From NCBI GenBank assembly GCA_030535915.1, contig JAUNQZ010000001.1, positions 1-55,447 of the forward strand: a DNA stretch of 55,447 nt, read 5' to 3'. Each line of letters begins with the position of its first letter. Position 1 is the stretch's first letter. The notes beneath the pieces were generated by a model. It was not told where the DNA came from. It did not search any database and saw nothing but the letters and a program-made list of their open reading frames with translations. Positions 33,907 through 43,270 of the stretch are shown in pieces. Source of the stretch: a bacterium (lineage in GTDB: Bacteria; Verrucomicrobiota; Kiritimatiellia; RFP12; DVOR01). A program made the position numbers and the translations under genes.

Positions 33907-36732
33907 TTAGACCTTCTTATTCAATAGCGGCGCGAGAAATTGGCCAGTAAAGCTTTCAGGTATCTGTGCAACCATTTCAGGCGTTCCTGCGGCAACGAGG
34001 TGTCCTCCACGATCGCCCCCCTCAGGACCGAGATCTACAATCCAGTCGGCGGATTTAATCACATCAAGGTTGTGTTCGATAACGATGATCGTGTTTCCTT
34101 GGTCTCGCAAGCGTTGCAAGAGGAGTAAGAGACGATGGACATCAGCGAAATGAAGACCAGTGGTGGGTTCATCAAGGATGTAGAGTGTTTTACCCGTGGC
34201 GCGTTTTGAAAGTTCTGCCGCGAGTTTCATACGTTGCGCTTCACCGCCAGAGAGGGTGGTTGCGGATTGTCCGAGGTGAATATACCCCAAGCCCACTTCT
34301 GAGATTGTCTTTAACTTTGAAGCGATGGGTGGAATCTCCTTGAAGAACTCCAAGGCTTCATCCACCGTCATATCAAGGACATCCGCGATGGTTTTGTCTT
34401 TGTAGCGCACTTCGAGGGTTTCGCGGTTGTAGCGTGCGCCATTGCATTGTTTGCAAGGGACATAGACATCGGGGAGGAAGTGCATCTCGAGACGCTTCAT
34501 GCCATCGCCTTGGCAGACTTCGCAACGCCCTCCCTTGACATTAAAAGAGAAGCGACCTGGTTTATAACCACGCATACGCGCAGCAGCGGTTTGAGCAAAA
34601 AGTTCACGAATCGCCGTAAAGCATCCCGTGTAAGTGACGGGATTTGAACGTGGCGTGCGCCCGATGGGAGATTGGTCGATTTCAATCATCTTGTCGAAGG
34701 CTTTGAGGCCGGTGATTTTCTTGTGTGCGCCGGGTTTATGTCGCGACCCGTAGAAGTGTTGCGCTAAGGCCCGCATAAGAATATCTTCCACCAAGGTCGA
34801 TTTTCCAGAACCCGAAACACCTGTCACACAGATGAAGCACCCCACGGGGAATTTCACCGTAAGATGTTGGAGGTTATTTTCCGCGCATCCCTCCAAGGTC
34901 AACCACGCACGCCCTGGTTTGACGCGTTTCGGAATGGGAACGGCTTTACGACCCGTTAAATAATCCGCCGTCACAGAGGTTTTGCATTTGGAGAGACCCG
35001 CCGCAGGACCTTGGTAGACGACTTCACCACCGAGGCGACCGGCACCCGGACCAATATCAATCACATAGTCTGCACGGCGAATCATCTCTTCGTCATGCTC
35101 CACGACAACGACAGTGTTACCGCGTTTTTGAAGACGATGCAACATCGAGATGAGGCGTTCGTTATCTCGCGGATGGAGACCAATGGTAGGTTCGTCCAAG
35201 ACGTAGAGTACGCCAACAAGTCCACTGCCAATTTGCGAGGCGAGACGGATGCGTTGCATTTCACCCCCAGAGAGGGTTGAACTCTCACGGTCCAAGGAGA
35301 GATAATCTAAGCCCACATCCACAAGGAAGGAGAGACGCTTGCAAATTTCCTTTGAAATCTCTGCAGCGACAGCGGCTTCGTGTTCGGGTAAATCAAGTTT
35401 TTGGAAGAACGCCAACGATTCACGCGCTGGCATTTTCATAACTTCGGGCAAGGTTTTTCCCGCGATGGTTGCAACGCGACTTTCAGGGCGCATACGTTCG
35501 CCATGGCACTCTGGGCATGATTGAGGCGAGAGGAATTGGGTGAGTGTTTCGCGCGTGTCTTCATTGTCCGATTCGGCATAGCGGCGTTGGAGATTCGGCA
35601 AGACGCCCTCAAAGGGTTTCACCATTGCATTGCGAACGCCACGTTGATAGTAGACGAGCTCCACTTCTTCATCGCCAGTGCCGTGGAGAAGTTCTTTACG
35701 GAACCACGCGGGGAGTTCATTGTAAGGGGTGTCAAGGTCAATATTTCGCACTGCGGCAAAGGCTGAGAGTAACCAATTGTAGTACATCAAGAGATGATGT
35801 CCCCCACGCCGCCAACCGACAATGGCTTCACGCAAAGGCTTGGTCTTGTCTGGAACGACGAGTTCTTCATCAAAGACCATCAGTGCTCCGAGACCCGAAC
35901 AGCGCGGACAGGCCCCATAGGGAGAGTTGAACGAGAAGCTCCGAGGTTTAAGAGCTTCGAAGGAAATTCCACAGACCGCGCAGGCATTCTTTTCCGAGTA
36001 GAGATGAGAGGGACCATTAACTTCCTCTACCTCTATGAGTCCCTCTGCTACGCGTAGGGCCTGTTCGACACTATCGGTGAGACGGCTACGCAAGGAAGGT
36101 TTTACCACGACACGATCAATTACCGCATCAATTTTGTGAGGACACTTCTTGTCGAGTTCTGGCCAGTTGTCTTCAATTTCGACCATCTCGCCATCAATAC
36201 GTGCACGCGTGTAGCCTTGGCGCATCATTAATTCGCGCACTTCATCGTGGCGACCTTTGCGCCCGCGTACAATCGGCGCTAAGAGAATGAGTTTAGTTCC
36301 CTCCGGATAGGCGAGGAGTTGATCCACAATTTCTTCTGCACTTTGCGGAACGACATCGCGTCCACAATGCGGACAATGCGCTTGAGCGATATTTCCCCAA
36401 AGCAAACGGAGATAGTCATGAATTTCTGTTACGGTTGCAACAATCGAACGCGGATTGCTTCCGCTGGCACGCTGTTCAATTGAAATCGCAGGAGAGAGAC
36501 CCTCAATATGCTCAACATCGGGTTTTTGGAGTTGATCTAAGAACTGACGCGCATACGCAGAGAGGCTCTCCACATAGCGGCGTTGACCTTCGGCATAGAG
36601 GGTCTCAAAGGCGAGCGAACTCTTTCCCGAACCCGAGAGACCTGTAATCACAGTCAACGAATCACGCGGAATGCGCACATTGACGTTCTTTAAATTATTT
36701 TGACGCGCGCCGGTGATAAGGATATCACTCAT
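33907..36732 (-). CDS. uvrA: excinuclease ABC subunit A
   Basis: 941 aa with two ABC modules (GLSGSGKSSL, GVSGSGKSTL), zinc-finger Cys pairs and LSGGE signatures. Confidence 0.96.
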   Translation of the reverse strand: MSDILITGARQNNLKNVNVRIPRDSLTVITGLSGSGKSSLAFETLYAEGQRRYVESLSAYARQFLDQLQKPDVEHIEGLSPAISIEQRASGSNPRSIVATVTEIHDYLRLLWGNIAQAHCPHCGRDVVPQSAEEIVDQLLAYPEGTKLILLAPIVRGRKGRHDEVRELMMRQGYTRARIDGEMVEIEDNWPELDKKCPHKIDAVIDRVVVKPSLRSRLTDSVEQALRVAEGLIEVEEVNGPSHLYSEKNACAVCGISFEALKPRSFSFNSPYGACPRCSGLGALMVFDEELVVPDKTKPLREAIVGWRRGGHHLLMYYNWLLSAFAAVRNIDLDTPYNELPAWFRKELLHGTGDEEVELVYYQRGVRNAMVKPFEGVLPNLQRRYAESDNEDTRETLTQFLSPQSCPECHGERMRPESRVATIAGKTLPEVMKMPARESLAFFQKLDLPEHEAAVAAEISKEICKRLSFLVDVGLDYLSLDRESSTLSGGEMQRIRLASQIGSGLVGVLYVLDEPTIGLHPRDNERLISMLHRLQKRGNTVVVVEHDEEMIRRADYVIDIGPGAGRLGGEVVYQGPAAGLSKCKTSVTADYLTGRKAVPIPKRVKPGRAWLTLEGCAENNLQHLTVKFPVGCFICVTGVSGSGKSTLVEDILMRALAQHFYGSRHKPGAHKKITGLKAFDKMIEIDQSPIGRTPRSNPVTYTGCFTAIRELFAQTAAARMRGYKPGRFSFNVKGGRCEVCQGDGMKRLEMHFLPDVYVPCKQCNGARYNRETLEVRYKDKTIADVLDMTVDEALEFFKEIPPIASKLKTISEVGLGYIHLGQSATTLSGGEAQRMKLAAELSKRATGKTLYILDEPTTGLHFADVHRLLLLLQRLRDQGNTIIVIEHNLDVIKSADWIVDLGPEGGDRGGHLVAAGTPEMVAQIPESFTGQFLAPLLNKKV

Positions 36733-36753
36733 GCAAACCTCTTCTTTTCTCTT

Positions 36754-37620
36754 TTATCGCTCTTCACAAAAGGGTCGAATATCACGAATTTCCGTAGTTC
36801 CATACGCCGCCATCACAAGACGATCTACACCTAAAGCAATCCCTGCTGTAGGCGGCATTGCATCAAGAACCGCAAGGAAGGCTTCGTCGATAGGATACGT
36901 TGGCAAACCACGCGATTGACGCATCGCAATCGTTGCTTCAAAGCGTTGGCGTTGCTCCGTCGCATCGGTAAGTTCCCCATAGCCATTGGCAATTTCAATC
37001 CCATTAAGATACGCTTCAAAACGTTCGGCGACGCGCGGATCATCAGGGGAGAGTTGTGCTAATGCTGCAGCTGGTGCAGGATAATGCGTGAGGTAAACCA
37101 ATCCCGTTTGAGGAAGGGAAGGTTCAATCTTGAGCGCCATGTCTTCGTCAAAGCGATCTTCATCCCACATTTCAAGCGGATTCCATCCCGCCCACTTGCA
37201 ATAGGCTTCTTCTACCGTAAACACATGAGGCGTCATCGTATGACCCAACGCAAGCGAAACCACCGTTGCCACATCTTCATAGAGCGCGGCGATGGTTTCC
37301 TCTGGGCGATACCATTCCATCATGGTAAATTCGGGATTGTGACGACGACCACATTCACCCGCACGGAAACAAGGGCCAATTTGATAAATTTTCCCAGAAC
37401 CCGCAGCAAGCAAACGCTTCATGTGTAATTCTGGAGATGTGCGCAACCAACGCGAACCCGAAGGAGGCGGTTCAAGAAAAGCTTCATTTGCAGGCGCTGG
37501 AATACGCACAGGGGTCTCACATTCCAAAAAACCACAATCATCAAAATAAGATCGAAGCGAACGCAAAATCTTCGCTCGACAGGCTAACGCTTCACGACAA
37601 ATAGGACCACTCTCTTTCAT
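36754..37620 (-). CDS. epmA: elongation factor P--(R)-beta-lysine ligase EpmA (GenX/PoxA)
   Basis: It matches E. coli EpmA closely: SPELHMKRLLAAG, HNPEFTMMEWYR, RVAERFEAYLNGIEIANGYGELTD and GIALGVDRLVM. There is no anticodon-binding domain. Confidence 0.9.
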   Translation of the reverse strand: MKESGPICREALACRAKILRSLRSYFDDCGFLECETPVRIPAPANEAFLEPPPSGSRWLRTSPELHMKRLLAAGSGKIYQIGPCFRAGECGRRHNPEFTMMEWYRPEETIAALYEDVATVVSLALGHTMTPHVFTVEEAYCKWAGWNPLEMWDEDRFDEDMALKIEPSLPQTGLVYLTHYPAPAAALAQLSPDDPRVAERFEAYLNGIEIANGYGELTDATEQRQRFEATIAMRQSRGLPTYPIDEAFLAVLDAMPPTAGIALGVDRLVMAAYGTTEIRDIRPFCEER

Positions 37621-37628
37621 AGCTCATT

Positions 37629-37637
37629 AGTATATCA
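37629..37637 (-). promoter_or_regulatory. extended -10 element TGaTATACT (minus strand) ending 8 nt before epmA ATG
   Basis: The minus strand reads tgatatact-aatgagct-ATG. I found no SD and no good -35 box. Confidence 0.4.
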
Positions 37638-37830
37638 TAAAACACCAATTATGGTATGGATTTTCAAAGAATATTCTTCCCATCCCTCACGTGTCTACAC
37701 CCCTCGCGAAAATAAATTAATAGGACGGTTCTCATAGGTCACACATGTCTTCCTCGAGAAATCTCTTCGCTATGTGGCCATGAATACCCTTTGACGGATT
37801 TAGCGTTGAAAAACTTTGAGCGGCTTCTAT

Positions 37831-39075
37831 TTAGGGGGTGGGTTTGTCGAGGTGGAGGGTGATGGTGGGGGTGGTGTTGGTTGGGGCGGGGCGGAGGCCG
37901 GGGACATAGAGGAGTCGGTTGGTCTCGGGATGGAAAAAGAGGGGGTACGCGTTGCGTTCGGTGGCGGGGATATGGAGGTCGGTGAGGACATCTTGAACTT
38001 TGCGTGAACCTTTAAAACCGGAGGGTGAAATTTTGTCTCCGGGTTGGCGTGCGCGTACAAGGAGTGGAAGGGGAAGTGTCACGGTATGACGCGTTTGTGA
38101 GGTGGGTGTTTCGCCGACACGAATGGTCCAAGGACCAAAGGTATAAGCCCCTGTGGTTTCAATCAAAATTTCGGGTGGACGCGCAAGGGGGAGATGTTCT
38201 ATGCGTTTCCATGTGGTGGGGGATTGACGCAGGATGCGAACGCTTCGGGAGAGATTGTAGGAGGCGTCGATGGGGAGTTGTGCAAGGGCTTGGAGTTGTG
38301 CATAGGAGAGGGACTCGGGGAGCCATCGACGGAGGGCTCGGCGAAGGAGTACGAGGTTGGTCTCGGGTGCACATTCAAGGGTGTTTGGTCGGAGGCGTGT
38401 AATGGCGGCATCGACACAGTGATTGAGGTAGGTGTTTTCTTCCTCAAGGATGTCTCCGGCGAGGTTTGCTCCGGCGACGAAGTGGGGTAAGACTGTGCGT
38501 AAATGGTGACGGATGGCATTGCGGGGGATGGTGGTGTCGACATTGGAGGTGTCTTCAATCCATGTTTCTCCGCGGGCTTCTAACCAGGCGGTTTGTTCCT
38601 CATGAGTTTCATCGAGGAGGGGACGATAGATGGTGGCTTGTGGCCAACCTGGGAAGGGGGTTTTGTCTTTGAAGCTGACGAGTCCTTCGAGGCCGCTCCC
38701 GCGGGCGAGGCGGAGGATGAGATTTTCTGAACGATCGCCGGCATGATGGGCGAGAAGGAGGGCCGTGAGGCCTTGGGTTTGGAGGGCGTGTTTGAAGAAG
38801 GCGAAGCGTTGGTCGCGTGCGAAGACTTCCTTGGTTGTTTTATGGTCCCACTCGATGGTGCAGCGACCGACGAAAAGTGGCACCTTTAAGCGTTGACAGA
38901 GGTCGCGGCAGTAGGCTTCGGCGTCATCGCCATTTTCATCATCAAAGCCATGGTTGAAGTGGACGGCAACGATGGTCTTTCCGGGGAGTTCAAGGCAACG
39001 ATAAAGGAGTGCTGTGGAGTCTGCACCCCCACTGAGCCCGACGGCAAAAGCGGTTGGTAAAATGGATGTTTTCAT
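37831..39075 (-). CDS. tilS: tRNA(Ile)-lysidine synthase
   Basis: PP-loop AVGLSGGADSTALL plus the TilS substrate-binding and C-terminal regions. I prefer ATG 39075, because the track start at 39111 is the TTG of the -35 box. Confidence 0.85.
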   Translation of the reverse strand: MKTSILPTAFAVGLSGGADSTALLYRCLELPGKTIVAVHFNHGFDDENGDDAEAYCRDLCQRLKVPLFVGRCTIEWDHKTTKEVFARDQRFAFFKHALQTQGLTALLLAHHAGDRSENLILRLARGSGLEGLVSFKDKTPFPGWPQATIYRPLLDETHEEQTAWLEARGETWIEDTSNVDTTIPRNAIRHHLRTVLPHFVAGANLAGDILEEENTYLNHCVDAAITRLRPNTLECAPETNLVLLRRALRRWLPESLSYAQLQALAQLPIDASYNLSRSVRILRQSPTTWKRIEHLPLARPPEILIETTGAYTFGPWTIRVGETPTSQTRHTVTLPLPLLVRARQPGDKISPSGFKGSRKVQDVLTDLHIPATERNAYPLFFHPETNRLLYVPGLRPAPTNTTPTITLHLDKPTP

Positions 39076-39082
39076 TGATGAT

Positions 39083-39111
39083 AGTCTAGCATAAGCGGAG
39101 ACGATTAGCAA
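39083..39111 (-). promoter_or_regulatory. tilS promoter TTGCTA-17-TGcTAGACT (minus strand) ending 7 nt before ATG 39075
   Basis: The minus strand reads ttgcta-atcgtctccgcttatgc-tagact-atcatca-ATG. Confidence 0.5.
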
Positions 39112-39404
39112 TTTTTTCTTAAAAATGACGCGAAAAAAAGTTTTTTTTGTCTTTTTTATTTTTTTGTGGTTGTTTTTTGGAAATTCTTTTTTTTGAAAAA
39201 AGTGGGAAAGGTTGATTTTTAAGCATCGTTTTGGGAGGGGTAAAATGTGAGAATCGTGTTAGGGTGCTTTTCCAATTGTTTTTCGTTGGGGGTTTTGGTA
39301 TATTTATATGCGATATTTGTTAGAAGACTTAAGACACTTGAGCGGTTTTGTCGATGGGTGTAGCTTAAGATTCGGATTTCAAAAACAGAAATGAGGTTAA
39401 AAAA

Positions 39405-39608
39405 ATGCTTCAACAAGGCTTAGTATTGCTTATCGCGGGCATGGGTATCGCGGTTACATTCTTGACGCTTCTGGCGTTTGTCACAATGATTTTAGGTAAG
39501 ATTGCTCCGCGTTTTGAAAAGGCGCCGGTTGCAAAGCCTGCCACCCCCACCCCTGCGGCTGATGATGTGGCACTCGCCATTGCGATTGCTGTTGCTGAGC
39601 GTCGTTAA
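39405..39608 (+). CDS. oadG: Na+-translocating decarboxylase gamma subunit (OadG-like)
   Basis: 67 aa with a single N-terminal TM segment (LVLLIAGMGIAVTFLTLLAFVTMIL) and an Ala/Pro-rich tail. It lies directly upstream of oadA and oadB. Confidence 0.65.
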   Translation: MLQQGLVLLIAGMGIAVTFLTLLAFVTMILGKIAPRFEKAPVAKPATPTPAADDVALAIAIAVAERR

Positions 39609-39662
39609 GCGTAGAGATTGATTTAAAACATTAACTCCTTAAATAAAAGAAAAGGTTACACA

Positions 39663-41456
39663 ATGAGTAAGAAGATTAAGTTCATGTGCACAGCGTTTCG
39701 TGATGGCTTCCAGTCCGTCTATGGCGCACGCGTTCTCTCCAAGGATTTCATGCCCGCAGTGAAGGTGGCTTATGATGCAGGCATTCGTTGGTTTGAAGCA
39801 GGTGGCGGTGCACGCTTCCAGAGTTGCTATTTCTATTGCCAGGAAGATGCGTTTGATGTGATGGATGCTTTCCGTGCGGCTTGCCCTGAAGCAGATTTGC
39901 AGACGCTTTCGCGTGGCGTGAATGTGGTCGGTCTTGATAGCCAGCCTTCGGATATCATCAAGCTCCATGCCGATATGTTTAAGAAGCACGGCATGACCAC
40001 CATTCGTAACTTTGACGCACTCAATGATGTGAATAACCTTAAGTGGTCGGGTCAATGCATTCATGATGCGGGTCTCAAGCACGAAGTCGTTGTGACGATG
40101 ATGGGCTTGCCTCCGGGCGTGGATAACAAGGGCGCTCACACCCCTGAATTCTATGCTGAACGCATCAAGCAAATCCTCAAGGCGGAGATTCCTTTTGACC
40201 GCGTTTGCTTCAAGGATGCTTCGGGTACCGCAGCTCCTCGCACCGTGTATGAAACCATCAAGCGCGCTCGTAAGCTTCTCCCCGAAGGTACGCATATTCA
40301 GTTCCACTCGCACGAAACTGCAGGTAACGGCCTCACTTGTTATCTCGCCGCGCTCGAAGGTGGTGCAGATGGTATCGACCTCTCCATGGCACCGGTCTCG
40401 GGTGGTACTTGCCAGCCTGACATCATCACCATGTGGCACGCCCTCCGTGGCTCTGAATTCGACTTGGATATCGATATCAATAAGATTCGTGGCGCTGAAG
40501 AAGCCTTCAAGGAAGCGATGAAGGATTACTTCCTCCCGCCGGAAGCGCTCTCTGCAAGCCCTGTCATCATTTGGTCGCCGATGCCGGGTGGTGCGCTCAC
40601 TGCGAACACTCAGATGCTCCGTGACAATGGTCTCATGGATAAGTATGATCAGATGATTGATGAAATGTATGATGCTGTCCGTTGCGGTGGCTTCGGTACT
40701 TCCGTGACCCCTGTGTCGCAGTTCTACTTCCAGCAGGCTTTCAACAATGTGATGTTTGGCAAGTGGAAGAAGATTGCTCCTGGTTATGGTAAGATGGTCC
40801 TCGGTTACTTCGGTAAGACCCCTGCTGAACCTGATCCGGAAGTCGTTAAGATTGCCGCCGAACAGCTCGGTCTCGAACCCACCACCAAGACCGTTCTCGA
40901 AATCAATGACGCTGACGCTAAGAAGGGTCGCGCCGCGGCTGAAGCTATGCTCAAGGAAGCGGGTCTCCCCATCAATGACGAGAATGTCTTCATTGCAGCC
41001 TCTTGCCTTGAAAAGGGTATTGCTTACCTCAAGGATCCTGCCAATGCACCGCTCGGCATCCGCTTGAATGAAAAGCCGAAGGCTACCTCTGCAGGTGGTG
41101 CTTGCACCGTGACGGTCAATGGTAAGGCATATGGCATTGAACTCAAGGATGGCAAGGCAATTGTCAATGGTCAGACCTATGACTACACGGTTGCTGATGG
41201 TATCACGGCGGCTGCCGCCGCTCCTGCTGCAGGCGCTGCTGCAACGGGTGAATCCATCACTGCTCCTCTCCCGGGTCTCGTCTTGCGTATCACTGCTCCT
41301 GCAGGTACCGCAGTCAAGGCTGGCGATGAAATCCTCGTGATGGAAGCGATGAAGATGGAAATGCCCATCAAGGCGCCGAAGGATGGCGTGGTGGCTTCCG
41401 TTGCCGTGGCAAATGGCGCCAAGGTCAATGCGGGTGATGTCCTCGCTACCATGTAA
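39663..41456 (+). CDS. oadA: oxaloacetate decarboxylase alpha subunit (carboxyltransferase + biotinyl domain)
   Basis: The N-terminal TAFRDGFQS TIM-barrel carboxyltransferase is followed by an Ala/Pro linker and the C-terminal biotin motif VMEAMKMEMPI. Confidence 0.88.
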   Translation: MSKKIKFMCTAFRDGFQSVYGARVLSKDFMPAVKVAYDAGIRWFEAGGGARFQSCYFYCQEDAFDVMDAFRAACPEADLQTLSRGVNVVGLDSQPSDIIKLHADMFKKHGMTTIRNFDALNDVNNLKWSGQCIHDAGLKHEVVVTMMGLPPGVDNKGAHTPEFYAERIKQILKAEIPFDRVCFKDASGTAAPRTVYETIKRARKLLPEGTHIQFHSHETAGNGLTCYLAALEGGADGIDLSMAPVSGGTCQPDIITMWHALRGSEFDLDIDINKIRGAEEAFKEAMKDYFLPPEALSASPVIIWSPMPGGALTANTQMLRDNGLMDKYDQMIDEMYDAVRCGGFGTSVTPVSQFYFQQAFNNVMFGKWKKIAPGYGKMVLGYFGKTPAEPDPEVVKIAAEQLGLEPTTKTVLEINDADAKKGRAAAEAMLKEAGLPINDENVFIAASCLEKGIAYLKDPANAPLGIRLNEKPKATSAGGACTVTVNGKAYGIELKDGKAIVNGQTYDYTVADGITAAAAAPAAGAAATGESITAPLPGLVLRITAPAGTAVKAGDEILVMEAMKMEMPIKAPKDGVVASVAVANGAKVNAGDVLATM

Positions 41457-41476
41457 GATAGAAGGAGAGATCATTC

Positions 41477-43129
41477 ATGTTTAAGAAACTTCTTATGATG
41501 GTGGCTCTCGTAGCAGGTGTTTGCGTTCATGCGCAAGCACCCGCTCCTGAAGCAAACACCAAAAAGGATGAAGCGACCACCTCAATGGTGCAGCTCGTCA
41601 AGTTGCGTCGTCAGCTGCTCCAAGCCAATGCTGAAGCCGTGGCCGACAAGAGCAATGACTCTAACTACGAATTGCATGGTGCCTATCTCCACATCACCAA
41701 TGGTGTGATGACCACCGATGATACCCCCAATGCGAACAAGGCCGAGTATGATGAATATAACTACATCGTCGAAAATGGCGTTCGCAAGGTTAAGTTTCCC
41801 GACCTTATTGGGAAGCAGATTGACCTGGCGTCCGTGACAGGTGTGATTCACTCACACCAGGTTGGCGACTGGCAGCTCACCGCAAGCCGTATCAAGGAAA
41901 TGTGGGACTCCACCGGTATCATGGGCTTCTTTGAGAAGGATGCTCCTGAAAAGGCTGGCAGGGTGCCGGCACTTCCGGAAAGCCATCACTCCACGGCGCT
42001 TCCCTTTGGTGTTAGCCAGCTCATCATGATTGTGGTCTGCTTGGTCCTCATCTATCTTGCAATTGGTAAGGGCTTTGAACCGCTCTTGCTCCTCCCGATT
42101 GGTTTTGGTGGCCTCTTGGCGAACATTCCTTTCGCAGGGGTGACCGCTGCGCCCGTGATGGATACGATGGGTAACATGGTTGAACCCGGTGGCTTCCTCT
42201 ACTATACCTTTGAAATGGGTATCAGCACGGGGCTCTTCCCCATTCTCATCTTTATGGGCGTGGGTGCGATGACGGACTTTGGCCCATTGATTGCAAACCC
42301 CCGTATGGCACTCTTGGGTGCGGCTGCACAGCTCGGTATCTTCACCGCGTTGATTGGCGCTCTCGTGCTCACCATTTGCTTTGACGGCATTAACTTCTTC
42401 GTTACCGATGCTGCCTCTATTGGCATTATCGGTGGTGCTGACGGTCCGACGGCCATTTGGCTCACGACAAAGCTCGCGCCTGACTTGCTCGGTTCGATTG
42501 CGGTTGCGGCGTATTCCTACATGGCACTCGTGCCGGTGATTCAGCCGCCGATCATGAAACTCCTCACCACCAAGAAGGAACGCCAGATTAAGATGAAGCA
42601 GCTCCGTGAAGTCACGAAGATTGAGAAGATTCTCTTCCCCATCATTGTGCTTCTCCTCTGCGCAGCGCTCTTGCCCTCTGCTGCTCCCTTGATTGGTGCA
42701 TTGATGCTCGGTAACCTCGCGAAGGAATGCGGTGCTGTGGATCGTCTCTCTGACACGATGGCCAATGGTCTCTGCAATATCGTGACCATTCTCCTCGGTC
42801 TCTCAGTGGGCTCGAAGCTCGCTGCAGAAAAGTTCCTCAACTTCGAAACCCTCGGCATTCTCGTGCTCGGTGTTGTGGCCTTCGCTGTGGGTACGGCGGG
42901 TGGTCTCTGGATGGCTAAGTTGATGAACCTCTTCAGCAAGGAAAAGGTCAATCCGTTGATTGGTTCTGCGGGTGTTTCTGCAGTGCCGATGGCTGCTCGT
43001 GTGGCGAACAAGGTGGGCTTGGAGGAAGATCCCTCCAACTTCCTCCTCATGCACGCGATGGGTCCCAATGTCTCTGGCGTGATTGGTTCGGCTGTTGTGG
43101 CAGGTGTGCTTTACTTCTGCTGCAAGTAA
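41477..43129 (+). CDS. oadB: Na+-pumping oxaloacetate decarboxylase beta subunit with ~160-aa N-terminal extension
   Basis: From about residue 178, [38 protein letters not shown] matches the OadB N-terminus. A strong aaggaga SD before ATG 41477 supports the long form, which begins with the signal-like [21 protein letters not shown]. Confidence 0.85.
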   Translation: MFKKLLMMVALVAGVCVHAQAPAPEANTKKDEATTSMVQLVKLRRQLLQANAEAVADKSNDSNYELHGAYLHITNGVMTTDDTPNANKAEYDEYNYIVENGVRKVKFPDLIGKQIDLASVTGVIHSHQVGDWQLTASRIKEMWDSTGIMGFFEKDAPEKAGRVPALPESHHSTALPFGVSQLIMIVVCLVLIYLAIGKGFEPLLLLPIGFGGLLANIPFAGVTAAPVMDTMGNMVEPGGFLYYTFEMGISTGLFPILIFMGVGAMTDFGPLIANPRMALLGAAAQLGIFTALIGALVLTICFDGINFFVTDAASIGIIGGADGPTAIWLTTKLAPDLLGSIAVAAYSYMALVPVIQPPIMKLLTTKKERQIKMKQLREVTKIEKILFPIIVLLLCAALLPSAAPLIGALMLGNLAKECGAVDRLSDTMANGLCNIVTILLGLSVGSKLAAEKFLNFETLGILVLGVVAFAVGTAGGLWMAKLMNLFSKEKVNPLIGSAGVSAVPMAARVANKVGLEEDPSNFLLMHAMGPNVSGVIGSAVVAGVLYFCCK

Positions 43130-43147
43130 GCCTCTCCTTTGCTCGAC

Positions 43148-43187
43148 AAAAGCGCCTGCCTTTTCAAAGGTGGGCGCTTTTATTTTG
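43148..43187 (+). terminator. intrinsic terminator after oadB
   Basis: aaagcgcc...ggcgcttt contains an inner ccttt/aaagg stem and is followed by tatttt. Confidence 0.6.
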
Positions 43188-43255
43188 CCATCGTGTCCTC
43201 TTGAGAAGGCACCTCGAAAAGGTTCACTTTTAGTCTTTATCTTTTTCTAATAAGA

Positions 43256-43264
43256 TGTTATAAT
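43256..43264 (+). promoter_or_regulatory. extended -10 element TGtTATAAT ending 6 nt before ATG 43271
   Basis: tgttataat-ataaat-ATG with no SD. The -35 box is weak (tttatc). Confidence 0.4.
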
Positions 43265-43270
43265 ATAAAT

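Noticed and set aside
31548-33950. Many 65-149-aa plus-strand ORFs (Arg/Ser/Ala-rich) across hrpB
   Set aside because: They are typical antisense or off-frame ORFs in the locally GC-richer hrpB gene. They have no motifs and no RBS, and they overlap a well-supported helicase ORF.
37861-37905. Possible G-quadruplex (GGGGG...GGGG.GGGG...GGGG) on the plus strand at the tilS 3' end
   Set aside because: One loop would be 11 nt, longer than the canonical limit of 7. The tract is simply the complement of Pro/Thr codons in a C-rich coding strand. There is no independent reason to assign it a function.
37816-38672. Stack of Gly-rich (plus strand) and Pro-rich (minus strand, other frames) ORFs of 63-125 aa inside tilS
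   Set aside because: These are shadow ORFs produced by the extreme G-over-C skew of this segment. Only the tilS frame has a PP-loop and a coherent full-length protein.
39112-39404. 65-aa minus-strand ORF (39219-39416) and long T-tracts in the tilS/oadG divergent spacer
   Set aside because: The ORF has no RBS and an implausible composition, and it overlaps the oadG start. The T-tracts fit AT-rich curved promoter DNA. I could not model a convincing oadG promoter, so none is reported.
39639-41474. 611-aa ORF on the minus strand covering all of oadA
   Set aside because: The explanation is the same: it is phase-aligned with oadA (congruent to 0 mod 3) and reflects codon bias. The translation has no recognisable domain, and oadA carries the carboxyltransferase and biotinyl motifs.
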